A stretch of 64,000 nucleotides of DNA from the human T2T-CHM13v2.0 reference genome, Homo sapiens. Shown here in pieces: positions 44,980 to 61,784 of this stretch (the first letter of the stretch is position 1; every line of letters begins with the position of its first letter). The stretch is from assembly GCF_009914755.1 (NCBI RefSeq), contig NC_060941.1; one strand, given 5' to 3'. The notes beneath the pieces are model-generated. The model had not been told where the DNA came from, ran no database searches, and worked only from the letters and a program-made list of their open reading frames with translations. Position numbers and translations under genes: made by a program.

Positions 44980-46013
44980 GTGAAAGCAAAGCTTGACCTG
45001 CAGCTGGGTGGACACTTGCAGCCGAGGGTCCCCCCGGCCCACTCATTTCTGGTTTATTCGTAGTTCCAGAACATCTGTGGTTCCCTGGGCCGGGGACGAG
45101 CTCTGTAGACGAGGTCACTGCAGCAGTGGCAGAAGTCTTGCACTCCTAGTACAGAAGGTGTCGACAGAGCTACTGAGGGAAAGATGTTTTTTTTCCCACT
45201 CTGGCCTGGGCCAGGTAGGAAGCCATAGGCCTTGCAGCACTATTGGAGTTTCACCTGCTTCCCCCCTGGTGACGGGCAGGAGGGGAGGGCGGCGGAAGCG
45301 CGCCCAAACCTGCAAGCTAGGACCTGACCTGTAGAAGAACAGGGAAAGGGGCTTCTTTGCTTCCACCACACACAGACCTAAAGCTTCTGGGGAGGAGCAT
45401 AACGCTTCCCTTCTGGGAGCCTCAGTTTCCTCATCTGCAAAAAGAGGATACCACTGATAACCTTTTTTTGGGGGTTGTGTATATTGACTGAGGCCACTTG
45501 TGCAACCGCTTGGTCTAATAATAAAGTTCAACACTTTCTGGTCTGAGAAGACGGGAAGCCAGTTCCCAGTAGTAAAACTGAGTTACTCTGGAAACTTAGG
45601 GTATTCAGAATTGGTGATACAGTGCTGGGGTTGGAGGGATTGGGGGACTAGGGTTTCAGAATCAGCAGAAAAATTGCAAAGGAGTTTCTAAGCACATTTT
45701 CCTTCCTCTCCCACCCTTGAAAGATATCTAGGAGGAAGTAAGGTTAGGTTAGGGATAGAGAGGAATTTCAGCAGGAGGAGGAAGAGTCTAGCAGCTCTCA
45801 TCTGCCTAGGGGCAGGATCTAATCTCCTAGGTGTGCAAGGGCTGATGGTGTAATTTATCAAGTCAGGCTGTTAAGGAGCTAGGATGCCTCTTAAATACAG
45901 GGTCTGCTACAGGTGCCTGGGCCACTTGTGCTGAGAGCCAGAAGGAAGCGGGATGGTTGTGTGCGTGTAGCCTGAGGAAAGTTTACACTGATCTCAGTCC
46001 CTCTTTCCCGGAG

Positions 46014-46102
46014 ACAAGCAAATCCCAAATTCAGGAACCTCTCCATCCTTCAGCCTCCAGACACCCATTACTCCTCAGGGTGCCACAGGGAGTCATAACT
46101 TC
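46014..46102 (+). repeat. Diverged direct copy of the HNF1B 5'UTR segment 43929-44031
   Basis: 60 of the first 68 nt identical by hand alignment. Confidence 0.9.
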
Positions 46103-48384
46103 ATGAAAATGTTGGCTTTTCATTTCACCTTCTTTCCCTCTAGTTTGTTGTAATAGGTGCAAATCTTTGCTTCTCATAATTCTGCCCAATGGAAGAACAT
46201 TCTCTGCCTACCCAGCTTGCCTCAAGAAGGATAATGAAGTGTTCAGAGTAAATGTCCCTGAAGAACAATCTCTTCGTCTGTCTCTCACTCGCTATCAGGA
46301 TAGAAGCATCAAGTGTAATGAAGATCAGTTTCTGTGTTAAGCTGGGAAAACCCATTTAAAAAACAGCAATCACTTCTGTTGTAACAACAAAACTTTGATT
46401 GGCAGTTGCAGCTGCTGTGTGCCCCATCTGATTCCCAAGCCTCATTCTCTCTCAAAATTCAGGTGTCAGCAAACCCATTCTTCCCCACACCCCAGCTAAC
46501 TATGTGAATGTGCAGGCAATTTCACACAGAGGATAGGACAAACTTCCTATGAGTGTCCAGGTATGTTTTCCAGGTAATCTGGCTATTCATATCTAGCAAC
46601 TTCCTGTAATGCTCCTTCCTAGTCCTACCTTGTAATATGCCACTTTGTGCAATATAAGCGCTTATCAAGTAATTGTTCTGTACTATAGATCTTCAAACAG
46701 ATTCACCAGTCCCTTCATATGGAAGTTTAAAAAGAGCTGTGTAAAGTAGACCAGCAGATAGTCTTTCAGAATGCAGTTCATAATGTTAAGTGAGCTATCT
46801 TGTAAAACTCTTCAGTTAAACTTCCCCCAAATAGAGGAAGACGGAGTAGGATTGAAATAACATCTGTTTATGCTTCACACAGAATAAAGTCGTGATGGAC
46901 TGATATAATAACTCCATTTTAAAGATGGAAAAATAAGATATGGGAGAGTCTCAGGTTGCTTGTAGCCACCTCAGCAAATTAATGGAAGGGTTGAGGTTGG
47001 GGCTCAGAACTTTTGAGCAGGGTTTTAGGATGAAAGAGGAGGGTCTCTAGCTGTCATTGTTTTGAGGGATGAGAAGTTGAAAGAGGGATTCTGTGGGGGA
47101 GAGGTGGAGGATACCCAGCAGAGAATAGAGGGCAGGGTTTGGAGTAGTCAAACAGAACTAAACTTGAACCCAAGATCTGCTTCACCTGCTGTGTGACTTT
47201 TGGCATGTTACATAATCTTTCTGATCCTTAGTTTCCTCAGTGCAAAATGATAATGACACTCTACTGTGCCGGTGTGAAGATTAGGTGAGTTAGTAACCAC
47301 AGGTTCCTAGAATATGGTGGGCTCTCACGTATTTAGAAAGAAGAGGCACATCTTGATAACATGCTGAGAACTGAGGCAACTGATGTCTTTAGGCTCTTAT
47401 AGTCCCAGCATGTTTTTAAGAGCTACTGAATTTGAAGAGACCATATCAGTTTCATCTGCTCAAATTAGATGAATTTGCAGTTCATATCCCAAGGTTTGTT
47501 GTTCTTGTTTTTTATAGGACGTGCAATCCCTGGTATAAAATAAGTTGAAATCCAGTTGACTCATCATTCTATGAAGGTGTTCTGAGCACCATGCTGGTCA
47601 TTCCACAGATTGGCAAATGTGGCTTCTGTGAACTCATCTCCCCTGGAACTTAGCAGCACAAGCGATATTTCTTTTCTGATTTGTGCATGCAATCTTTCCC
47701 CTACTTTTCACGGTTGCACTTCTTTGTTTACAGAAGAGATTCTGGTCATTTCCACCCCTGCCACTCCACTCTCCCAGCCTCTCTCATTGGTTCACAGAGT
47801 ATCTAGAAGGCCTCAAAATAAAATCATCTCTAGAGTAAAACATAAATACCATCCTAACCTGTTCTGCAGGAGGTCAGGGGCCTTCTTGTTAGAGAGCAGT
47901 GTTGCAACCTGGAGAACATTCTAGACATCAGGGTCTGGAAAGAGCCTGAGGTTCTTCTTCTGGCTACAAAACCTCTTTCTGGGTGATTCATCTCCCCAAA
48001 AGTTTTGGTGAGCACCTTCTCTGGGTCTCTGATTCTACCTTTGAAAAATGGCTATTGGTCTGGATAACCATTTAGGTCCTCCAACTTTTTTTATAATTTG
48101 AAATTCCTAAAAGGTCTTAAATTATTAGGGTGTCTACTTGCAGGCCTTCGGGCAGATGGGCCAAGAGCTCAGGCCAGACCTCTGTGTAGTAGTGGACATG
48201 AAGCCTTGACTAGCCACGAAAAAATATACCACAGAGAGCAAACCCTATGAGGGGCAGGCATCTTCTCATGTCTTACTCCTCAGTGCCTGGAGAAGTGCTG
48301 GTGCATGGTAGATGCTCAAGAAAATGCTTACTGAGTAAACGAACATGTGATTGCCTCTGGACAATACTGTTAAAACTAAATACT

Positions 48385-48672
48385 TGCCAGGTGTGGTGGC
48401 TCACACCTGTGATAGTTCTTTTGGAGGCCGAGGTGGGAGGATAGCTTGAGCCCAGGAGTTCAAGCAAAATAGTGAGACCCTGTCTCTACAAAAATAAAAA
48501 ATAAAAAAATTAGCCAGGCATGGTAGTGCATGCTTATAGTCCTGGCTACTCAGGAGGCTGAGGTGGGAGGATCGCTTGAACCCAGGAGTCTGAGGTTCCA
48601 TTGAACTATGATCGTGTCACTGCACTTCAGCCTGGGTGACAGAATGAGACCCCATTCTCTAAATAAATAAAT
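48385..48672 (+). mobile_element. AluJ-type element
   Basis: Alu consensus with (TAAA)n tail. Confidence 0.9.
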
Positions 48673-48818
48673 AACTACTTTCACCAGACACGAAAGAGTA
48701 TATACTGTGTGATTCCATTTATATAAAGTTAAAAAGTGGAAAAACAAATCCGTGGTGCTGGAGGTTTCTGGGGTGCTAGAAATGGTTCTATATTTTGATT
48801 GGGATGGTGGATCCATCA

Positions 48819-49319
<501 letters not shown>

Positions 49320-49349
49320 TCATCATTAAGGTCTATAGCTTAGTATATT

Positions 49350-49555
49350 CCAGGAGTCAGCAAACTTTTTCTATAAAGGGCAAAATAGTAAATATTTTAG
49401 GTTTTGTGGGCCAGATGGTCTCTGTTACAACTACTCAACTCTGCTCTTATCGACAATACATAAATGAATATGTGTGGCTGTGTTCCAATGAAACTTATTT
49501 ACAAAAACAAGTAGCTGGCTGCATTTGGCCCACGTGTCAGTTTGTCAACCCGTGG
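49350..49555 (-). mobile_element. MER58A-type DNA transposon
   Basis: TIR caggagtcagcaaact ... agtttgtcaacccgtg; reverse MER58A core. Confidence 0.8.
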
Positions 49556-52059
49556 ATAAAGCACTTAGGCCACTAGAAGTCCACAGATCCAAAAGGGACC
49601 TTAAAATCATCCCCTTTCACGTCTTCCTCTTTGGGATAAGGAGGCAAATTCAGGGAGGATAAATGACTTTCCCAAGAGCACAGGACCCTGGGAGAATCAG
49701 TTCTGGAGTCAGATGGGCCACCTGCTTTCTGGGAGTGTGTAGCCATAACTTTGGGCAAGTTACTAAATTTCTTTCAGACTTATATTATCACCAAAGGTAA
49801 ACAGTGATAATGGAATTCATACCTTATAAGGTTGTTGGAAGAATTAAAGGAACACAGAAAAACACCTTGTGTGGGGTTGGCACGAGCTGGGAACACATGA
49901 AGTACTTGCTTGATCACAGCACACGGCTCAGAGGCTCCCTCATGTCCTCCCTCCCTTCCTTCGAAATGCAGAGTTTCTGGCCTGAGTTCACTAACAAACA
50001 CTACCGAGTGTCTACTCTGCGTGGAGCACTCTGGGGAGCACTGTGAGGAAATAACAAATGGATACAGGAAGATTCCAGATCCCACCAATCCCCACTATCA
50101 GCTTCCTTTCCAGAAATCCCTTTCGGCTCTGAGCTTTTATTTCCCAGACATGCTGCTATTAGGTGATCATTGCCAGGGAAACTCCTAAAGGTAAAGAAGA
50201 TTTCTCTCTCATTTTGATTCAACAACCCACATCCTTCTGCTAGGTCATTTTTTAGAAATAGGGTATTCCCAGTAGCTTGTAAAAGATTAAATTAAAAACC
50301 GGCAACCTAGTATGATATTAAACTAATAAATACTACACCTACCATAGAGAGCCTTCGCTCCAGAGCAACCACCTACTTCTCTTTCTTTACCACAACATCC
50401 GTGAAAAATGAGATTGGCGGTTGGCCCAGCACACAGAAGGTGCCCCATGAGTGTTTATGGAGTAAATGGTGGGCCCGGCACACAGCAGGTGTTCCATAAA
50501 TGTTTACTGAATAAGTGATCATGGCTAGGCTGCGGTGTTTCGGAAAAAAAGCAATAATCTTTACTAGAATTTTCTGGAACCTGTTTTCAGATTAATATTT
50601 AAATAAATAAGTGTTATTGAGGTGCCCTAGCTACACTCTCTCCTTTTTCCTCCCTCACAGACCTATGAAGTAGGCAATATCCTCCATCCCTGCTTTAATG
50701 ATGAGGAAATGGAGGCTCCAAGAGGGTAAGGATTGGCCCAAGGACCCACAAAAGGTTAAGGAGCAGAACCCCGGACTCGCACGGAGGACCCCCAGATCCC
50801 ATGTTAAGTGCCTCGTTTGTGACACTTTGACACCTTCCGAGCCCCGAAACAGGTGGGGGCACACACAGAAGCACCCTGGAAAGTCTCAGCACAGGGAGAA
50901 ATCTTGTGATTGCTTTAGAGAGGGAGAGAGAGAGGGAGAAAGGAGACAGGGGACAGGGTGAGAGAGATCAGTCTTCCCTGTCAAAGGAGATACCTGGCAC
51001 ATAAAGAACTACGCTATTTATACAGTATTTTATGGTGTGCAAAGAGATTTCCTCTTTCATTTGATCTTCAAAAGAGTCCTGCAAAGAAGGCAAGGCAGGC
51101 ACTACTACCCACATTTCACAGATGAGGAAACTGAGGCCCGAGGAAAAACGACCCCCAAAAGGTGCCAGAATCACCACCTGAGACTTCCGCATCTAGAACC
51201 CAGTGTTTTCTCCACGACATTGGGTTTGTATAATGACAAGATCAGCACAAAGCACAGCCCAGGAAGAGGGACCAGGCCTAAGAGGAAGATACAATAAGAC
51301 ACCTCAGTTTCTGCTCCTGATGCCATGCTTGAGTGAGGCAAAGGCTTTTTCCTTCCTCTCTGGTAAAGGTTCCAGGAAAGAGTTCGATCTGTGAGTCAAC
51401 AGCCCCTGCCCACTTGATGTTATCCTGTTTCTCCCCAACGATGAGTCTTCTCTGATTCTAGAGGTCCTGGTTGCAGAGCAGGAGCGAGGTGGACTCTGCC
51501 TCCACTCACCCTACTGTGTCTGGTCGGGAGTGCTGTCCATGACCTGTGCCTTGGGCATGAGAGTTACCACTCAGCCTCACACTAAGGGATGACCGAGGTA
51601 TCCTTTTGTGCTCTGATGACTATGCCCTGTTTCCAGGCCTGGGGGTGAAGAGCCATGCAGGGCTGCTGAGTCAATGCAGCAAACATTTATGGAGCATCCG
51701 CTATGTGCTGGGCATGCAGTCAGTGTCTGGCACTGCTGGAGCAACCAGATTCACTTCCTGCTCTAAAGGAGTTGGTTATCCAGAGGGAGGGACAGACACG
51801 GACACACACCTCTATTGCTAGACAGAGTGGAGCAGGCTTCATCATAGCACTGTGCTGATTGCTTTACACAAAGCATCTCATTTGCTCCTCGTAACTGCCC
51901 ATGAGACAGTATTATTATTATTATTTTTAGTGTTCCTAACTGATGCTTAAACTGTTGGAGTTGCACAGAGCTTGTTCTTGCTCAGATTGGGTTGAGATTC
52001 AAATACAGCTTTCCCTGGTTTTCTGTACCAGCCGAGAGGCAGGTGCCACAGGGAATCAG

Positions 52060-52250
52060 CATGGGGCTTGGAGTCAGCCCAATCTGGGTTGAAACCTGTC
52101 TCTGCTGCTTTTCAGATGTGACCTTGGGTAAGCTGACACTCTGAACTTCAGTTTCTTTATCTGTAAAAAGGAGGACAGTGTAGAAATTTGCAGGCCAGAT
52201 AGTATATGTAAACCCCCTGGCACAATTAATAAATAGAAGCAAATGTCAAT
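52060..52250. mobile_element. MIR element
   Basis: ggagtcag...ctgggttgaaacct...tgtgaccttgggtaag...cttcagtttctttatctgtaaaa. Confidence 0.75.
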
Positions 52251-52688
52251 AATAATAGGGGAACCAACAAAATTCCGTCGGGGCTCAGGGCCCTTGAAGA
52301 GTACATAGAATTTTGACATCAAGGAGAAGCCAGAGAACATTTCAGGCAGAAAGAAGAGCCGAGCCAAGCATGAAAGCAGGTAATGAGGCGACGGGGGAGG
52401 AGGGCAAGCTGGGCTGCCTGGACCACGGAGGAATCTTGCTAACGATGACACTGGAAAGTAAGGACAGGGCTGGTCATGGGCAAACACTGAATGCCAGGCC
52501 TGGGGGTCTCATCCTCTCTCCTTAGCCAATGAGGCATCTCAAAGTTTTCAATGGCATATGAGCCATTATTTAATTTGCTTTTTTTTAAAAAAGAATGCTT
52601 GTAACAACAATAACAATAGTAGTGACTACTTACTGTGTACCTCTATCACTGTGCGAAGATTTACAGTGTAATGTCATCTGATCCTTAA

Positions 52689-53019
<331 letters not shown>

Positions 53020-54007
53020 TGAGGTTACTCTTATTATCTCCATTTTACAAAACTGAGTGAAATGGTTCAATATGAAGACTGTAGCCAAATTGCCAGGATT
53101 CAGATTTTGGACTCACAGCTCACTAACTGTACATGGGCAACTTACTAAACCTCTGTGGGGCTCACCATTCCCACCTTTAAAACGGGGATGGAGATAGCAT
53201 TTACCTAACAGGGAGGTTGTAAAGAGTAAATGGTCAATGCATATATAAAGTAATTAGAAGAGAGGCTGTCAATAAGCTCCCAATAGCTCTTATTTGATGA
53301 TGACTGCCCAAGGTGACACACTTAGAGAGAAGCGGTCCCAGTGGGTTCATTGATGGAGACCCTCCAGTGAGCCTTTGTCCACAGGAGGTGAGTGAAGGTG
53401 TTGTGGGGCAGCACAGAGGGGAAGAAACCAGGGCGGAGATGAGGGTCTCCGTGGAAGGAGCCTCTCCAAGGTTGCTGATGGGTGCCCCTCGGCTTTCACG
53501 CACCAGGGCCTTAGGAAGAGTGAGTCACAGCCCCACACCACATGCAGGTGGAGGCCTAGAAGTTCAGCAACTCACCAGAAGCCACAGTGGGGCAACAGGA
53601 AAGTTCAGATATAATCTATGTAAGGTTAAAAGACCCCTATCTTACTCACCCTCTCCCCACACTTCCCATGCCAAACCATTCTCCCTATTAGCCCCTATAG
53701 CTCCTTGCTAATTTCCATTCCTATACCTGTTCACCTGCCGCTTCCTCCACCTGGAAGAGCTCCTTCCAGGCAAACCAGACTTTGCAACTTCCCTGAGAAT
53801 GTGGTTTAAAATTCATGAGCCGCTGGAAGCTTTCCCGACTAGCGCTGTTCCTTCTAATCATCCCCCCTACCCCACCCCTTAACCTTCTGGGATCAGCTGA
53901 GAGCTCGAGTCCTTTGAGAAGCCCCACCTGACCCTAGGTTGAGTTATTACTCAGTGGTTCTCACTTGAGCATGGTTTTAACTCCTAGGGGGCTTTGGTAA
54001 TGTCTGG

Positions 54008-54831
54008 TAGGGTCAGCTTCATGAGTGTGCTTGGGGTTTAATGCACTGTAGTTGCCATCTTGAAATTCTTAATAGTTTTATCTTTGACTTTGTGTTGTGT
54101 AGATGAAGCTGATGGGACAATAGAGCGTATGCCAGGGGCTTAGTCTCAGTTCATGTGGTCCCCCCTTCTGCTGCCTCCTTGCCTTTCTGGCATGGGTTTC
54201 AGGTCCCAGCTCTCCATCCACTGATGCCCCTGGCCTGGCCAGGCCTCTCTCTTCCTACTCCCACTCAGCAACCACCGCTGCCCTCTCTGTCCTTAGGGGG
54301 TCTTCATGTGGGCATGGAGAGGTTGAGATAGTGTGCTTTTGCGGCACGACATCTCAGGGTGGAGCATGGCAGTGGCCATCCCTGACCCAGGCTGGCAGTG
54401 CCATGGAGCATTAGGCAATAGGCTACATGGGGAGCATGCTTTTTACCCACCTCTGGACCAAGGGTGTCCTTGTGCCATGGTTGTAATGTCCTTGGGGGAT
54501 GTCCATCTGCCATGGGCTGGGGCAGCGAGTTGTGGGAAGGGAGCCCTGGTTTGACTTCCATGCCCTCGGAAGGGCAAATGCATGGCCCAGTGGCTGGTCA
54601 GAGCGGGGACATGGCAGCTGGTGGGTTGCATGTGTGTATATGCTGAGTCATGGGGTGGGGTCACCAGACACCTACAAGGGTTTGCACTCACCCTGCTAGT
54701 GTGCCTATCCCTAGGGAATGAAAACACTTTGTATCTGAGTATCTTCAATGGCACTTTCCCTCTGCTTTATGAACGAAGGGTCCCACACTTTCTTTTTGCA
54801 CTGGGCCTTGCAAATTATGTAGTTGGTCCTA
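54008..54831 (+). mobile_element. MER45-family (hAT-Tip100) element, long form
   Basis: Ends tagggtcagcttcatg ... tttgcactgggccttgcaaattatgtagttggtccta match MER45 termini; 8-bp TSD atgtctgg/atgtctag. Confidence 0.75.
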
Positions 54832-54885
54832 ATGTCTAGAGACGTTTTTAGTTGTCATGGCTGAGGGGGGTGCTACTGGCATCTA

Positions 54886-55114
<229 letters not shown>

Positions 55115-55512
55115 AAAATGTCCATGGGGCTGAGGTTGAGAAACATGGGATTTTGTATACTTCCTTTCTGTTCCCATGCCCTCTGTGCTGATTTCTGTCC
55201 TGGCTCTTTGCTCAGGTTGTGGAAATGACCTCATTACGTGTCTAGACCAGAAGTTCCTCAAAGACAGGGTTGAATTTTTGTCAATCTCAGATCCTTAGCA
55301 CCAGGACCTAAGGTGGTGATGGGGCATAGTAATTCACTGACTGTACTGGCAGACAAGCTGATGAACTTACTTTATCATATTTTAACCTATTGTTTTGTGT
55401 GTGTGTGTGTTTGTTGGAAGTCTAAAACCATTTACAGCCGTTCTTGAGGCGTTACATGATTGTTGTATCTTTCCTAAGTGGATTGTAAATCCCTAAAGCA
55501 CAGGAAATACAC

Positions 55513-55851
<339 letters not shown>

Positions 55852-55994
55852 TAGAACAGTGCACTGTATGCAGCAGGTGCTCTGTAAGCAACAACGTCTT
55901 TTGCTCTGTTCTGTGTCTACCTTTCTGCATGTCCAAGGCCCAGATTACATTCATTTATTCATTCAACAAACATCCATTCAGAATTTACTATAAA

Positions 55995-56299
<305 letters not shown>

Positions 56300-56352
56300 T
56301 AAAGATACAATTTCTATTCTCAAGGAGTTCAGTGTGGCCAGGGAGTTAGAAA

Positions 56353-56690
<338 letters not shown>

Positions 56691-57470
56691 TCATAATTGC
56701 TGTGAAATTAGCCTTCAGAAAACTAATGATCAAGAAGAGAGAAAATTCAGTAGAATTTTAATTCCACCAGAATTAGAAAATTATGTTTGTAACAGAGAGT
56801 TCTCAAGCCTCGTTTGGGTTTGTAACTCAGACCTTTGCAGCAGTTGGTTTGTTTGTTCAACAAGTATGTGTCTGTGTCAGGCCCTATTCTGGGTACTGGT
56901 GATGCAGCCGTGAATGAAACAGACAAAGCCCCTGTCCTCCCAGAGCTCACCTGCCAGCAAGAGCCAGGGACAGGCAGCAAGTCAATCCGTGGTGTATCAC
57001 AAGAGGATGTATGATTGAGAACAATGAAAGGGCAGGGGACAGTGAAAAGGCAGTGTGCGGGACTCTGTTGTAGGTGAGGGATCTTCCTGGGGAAGGAGGT
57101 TCAAAAGTGACGTGTGGCTGGAAATCAACTCGGACTTCTTGGGATGTTGGTGTGCTCCACCCACCCTACCATACAGGCCCTATGCATGCCCAGAAATCCC
57201 TTCTGAGCTGCAAAGACACTGACTATAAGTAGGAATGAGTTGAATGAAGTGTTGCTAAGTTTTTAAAGGGCTTTTCTTTAAAGCATTTGTGTGAAAATAT
57301 TTTTCCCAAGTTACTCCTCTCAATTAAAAAAAGTTTGAACACCTCATTTCCACTATTTGTATGAATTAATTAATTAACTTACTACATGTGCTACCATACT
57401 AATATTTTATGCTCATTATAAGACTAACACAAGAATAAAAAGTATGGAGTTAACATAAATATAAAAATAA

Positions 57471-57809
<339 letters not shown>

Positions 57810-57974
57810 TCAATATATCAGTTTGTGCTTCCCCCTCTTGGGGACCCCTGTTCTAAGGTAGAAAAGTACTAAATACTATTTTATTTTTGGATAAGAAGAA
57901 ACTTGCCTAGAGGTCACTAGACAGACACCTCTCAGGACTTTTTTACGATTTGGAAAAGAATAAGGGAGATTGAG

Positions 57975-58262
57975 GTACAGGAGGAGAGAGAAAGGCAGAA
58001 AGGAAGAAAAGAAAAGGGGGATAATGAAGAAAAGAAATAAAAGAAATAAGCTTTCTTTTTTTAAAAAAGAAAGCAAGATAAAAGAGAAGGAGAGAAGGAA
58101 AGAAAAAGAAAGAAATGAAGAAAGAAAAGAAAAGAAGGAAGGTAAGAAAGGGAGAGAGAGAGAAAGGGAGAGAGAAAGGAAGAAAGGGAGGGAGAGAGAG
58201 AGAGAAGGAGAGAGGGAGAGAGGGAGGGAGAGGGAGAGAGAAAGGCAAAAAGTAAGGAAAAA
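57975..58262. repeat. GA-rich polypurine low-complexity tract
   Basis: About 290 bp, almost all A and G. Confidence 0.93.
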
Positions 58263-59576
58263 ATACCCCCAAGACGCCACTGGACAGAGGCAGTGCCTGT
58301 GCTGTCTGCCCGGCCTTTGCTCAGACCTCTCAGTGTTGTAAGAATGTTCCGTCACAGTCCATAGGCTGGACCTTGGCCTCTTTCCACACATTCAGAACCA
58401 CCAGCTAATGCAATGGAGATTGCTTTCTGGTCCAGCTCTCTTACCCAGTGGCCAGTTCCCCTTCGTGGCCCTCACTTGGCAGTGGTGTCAGGAGTGATGT
58501 GGAGGCTGACCTTTTCCCATCACTGTCCTGCACACCTCATTAACTTCTCCTTGCAGCTGGAGATGACCATTATGGAGTAGAAGAGCTGACAGGTTTTTCA
58601 GAGAGCAGAGGAATGCACAGTTTCCCAGAAGTTCCTGATCCAGGAGTTCTCGCCTGTAGAGCATGGGAGATAATCTGGTTTATGGGGCCATCAGAAGAAA
58701 GTCATGTTCCAAGCTCTTAAAGAACCCTGAGCTCTTTTTCTTTTTAGACTCTTGCATTAAAAACAAAGGAATGAGACAAGGCACTTCAGTGTAGAATGGA
58801 TCAAGGAATACAAAATAAAATAATGAAAAAATGCTATGCAAATAATACAAACATAAAAACACAAGCAATGTTTCTTGAATGAAATTTTTTACTTTCAAAT
58901 TTGATCTAGCCCTGCACCAGGAGGCATGCAATTTGTTGAAGGAATAAATGGTGAATTTTCACGATAATTCTGTGACAATGCAAGGTGGACAGGATCTTCA
59001 TGGAACCAAGGAGACTGAGGCCCCAGAACTTAAGGGCCCAAGGTCATATAGTGAGTGAACAGGTGTCAAGACCGGTCCTCCATTGTCACCAGGGCACTGC
59101 CTCCATGCAGGCCTTTGGTTTCCTTTGGGAAGATTTATCACTTGCCTAGCTACTCTGGTGAAGTCATTGCTTTAGGGCAATGGGACTGAGTTTAAACATA
59201 TTGAGCACCTAAAGAAGACAGGCATGTATCGGGCATGGGGTGGTGGGGTGGGGTATAAAGCCGTGAAGCTGGCCCCTGCCCCCAGGAAGCTCACAGCCCA
59301 TGACAACTGCAGTGACCCTTATGCCTGTCATTTTCATTACTGTCTTCCCTGTCTTGTTATTGAATATTATTGTAATCTATGTGAGCATTCACCTTTTAAA
59401 AAGGCTTTTAGTTTTTGAATTACAAAACTGATAAATATCACCATATAATCTAGCAATTCTATTTCTGGGTATATGCCCCAAAGAATTGAAAGCAGGGTCT
59501 TGAAGAGATATTTATACACCCATGTTCATAGCAGAATTATTCACACTAGCCAAAAGGTGGAAGAAACTCAAATGTC

Positions 59577-59877
<301 letters not shown>

Positions 59878-60083
59878 TTCAACTGTCTATTAAGAGATTT
59901 TATATATATATAGGTATTTGTTTATTCATTCATCTCTCAATAGACACAATAATTTTCCATTATATGTATACATATATAGCATGTATACAACATATATACA
60001 TACATATATACATTTTATATATACATGTATATACGTATACATACAATGGAAAATTATTAAGCCTTAAGTAGGAAGGAAATTCT

Positions 60084-60135
60084 GGCCAGGCGTGGTGGCT
60101 TACGCCTCCATCTCAGAAAAAAAAAAAAAAAAAGA
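60084..60135 (+). mobile_element. Internally deleted Alu (~50 bp) with TSDs
   Basis: Alu 5' end fused to the Alu 3' end and poly-A; TSD aggaaggaaattct. Confidence 0.88.
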
Positions 60136-60735
60136 AGGAAGGAAATTCTGACACATATCTCAACAGGGATGAACCTTGAGAACGTTACGCTACTGAAATA
60201 AGCCAGACACGCAAAGACAAAAACTGTATGATTCCACTTATATGAGATATCTAGAGTAGCCAAATTAATAGAGACTGAAAGTAGAATGGTGGTTTTCAGG
60301 GGCTGGGAGGTGAGGGATGGGGAGTTATTGTTTAACGGGTACAGAGTTTCAGTTTTGCAAGATGAAGGTTATGGAGCCGGATGGTGCTGATAATTGCCCA
60401 ATAATAACAATGTGCTTAAAATACTATTGAACTGTACACTTAAAATGGTCAAGACAGTAGATGTTATGCTATGTGTATTTATCATAATTTAAAAAGATCA
60501 AATAGACATTATGATAAATTCCAATAATCAAAACTTACTAAAGCAAAAAGAGAAAGTCTGCTTTCTCACCTGTTTGTCACCTCTCCTCCTTGAGATTTAT
60601 TCTCAATCTCCTCTCTTTATCTAGGCAATTGCTATTCAGTTTATTTGTTTCCTTTGTACTGTTTTGCCTGCTTGCACAGATGTACACACACACGTGCATG
60701 CACACATGCATATATGCTATTAAAAGCCAAAACAG

Positions 60736-61193
<458 letters not shown>

Positions 61194-61498
61194 TCACTAG
61201 TGATTTAATTTCTCTAAAGCTCAGTTTTCTCATCTGAAAGGTGGGATAATATTATTGCTGAGACTTAATGAAGAAAACAATGGAACACGCTGGCACATAG
61301 GAAACATACAGTCAGGGCTGACTGGTTATGTGCTTCTGGAAGTTTCTTCCATAACGTGGGCTCTGTGTGCAGTCAGGGCTCAAGGACGTCTGTAGCAAGA
61401 AGAGGAGAGCGAAAGGGAGAACCTCTTAGCAGGCGCTATGTTCATGCCTAGGATGCAGGTATCATCTTCCCCGAAGGGTCTAGTTAAGAAGAGTTATT

Positions 61499-61784
61499 GG
61501 CCAGGTGAGGTGGCTCACGCCTATAATCCCAGCACTTTGGGAGGCCGAGGCAGGTGGATCACTTGAGCCGAGGAGTTCAAGATCAGCCTAGGCAACAAGT
61601 GAGAACCCCTTCTCTACAAAAAATAAAAAAAAAATTAGCCTGGTGTGGTGGTGCACACCTATAGTCCCAGCTACTCAGGAGGCTATAAGCAGGAGGATCG
61701 CTTGAGCCTGGGAGGTTGAGGCTGCAGTGAGCTGAGATCGTACCACTTCACTCCAGCCTGGGCAACAGAGTGAGACTGAAAAAA
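61499..61784 (+). mobile_element. AluJ-type element
   Basis: Alu consensus. Confidence 0.9.

Noticed and set aside
57876-58391. 171-aa Leu/Phe/Ser-rich membrane-like ORF and the 123-aa Lys/Glu/Arg-rich ORF opposite it
   Set aside because: Both are translations of the GA-rich low-complexity tract
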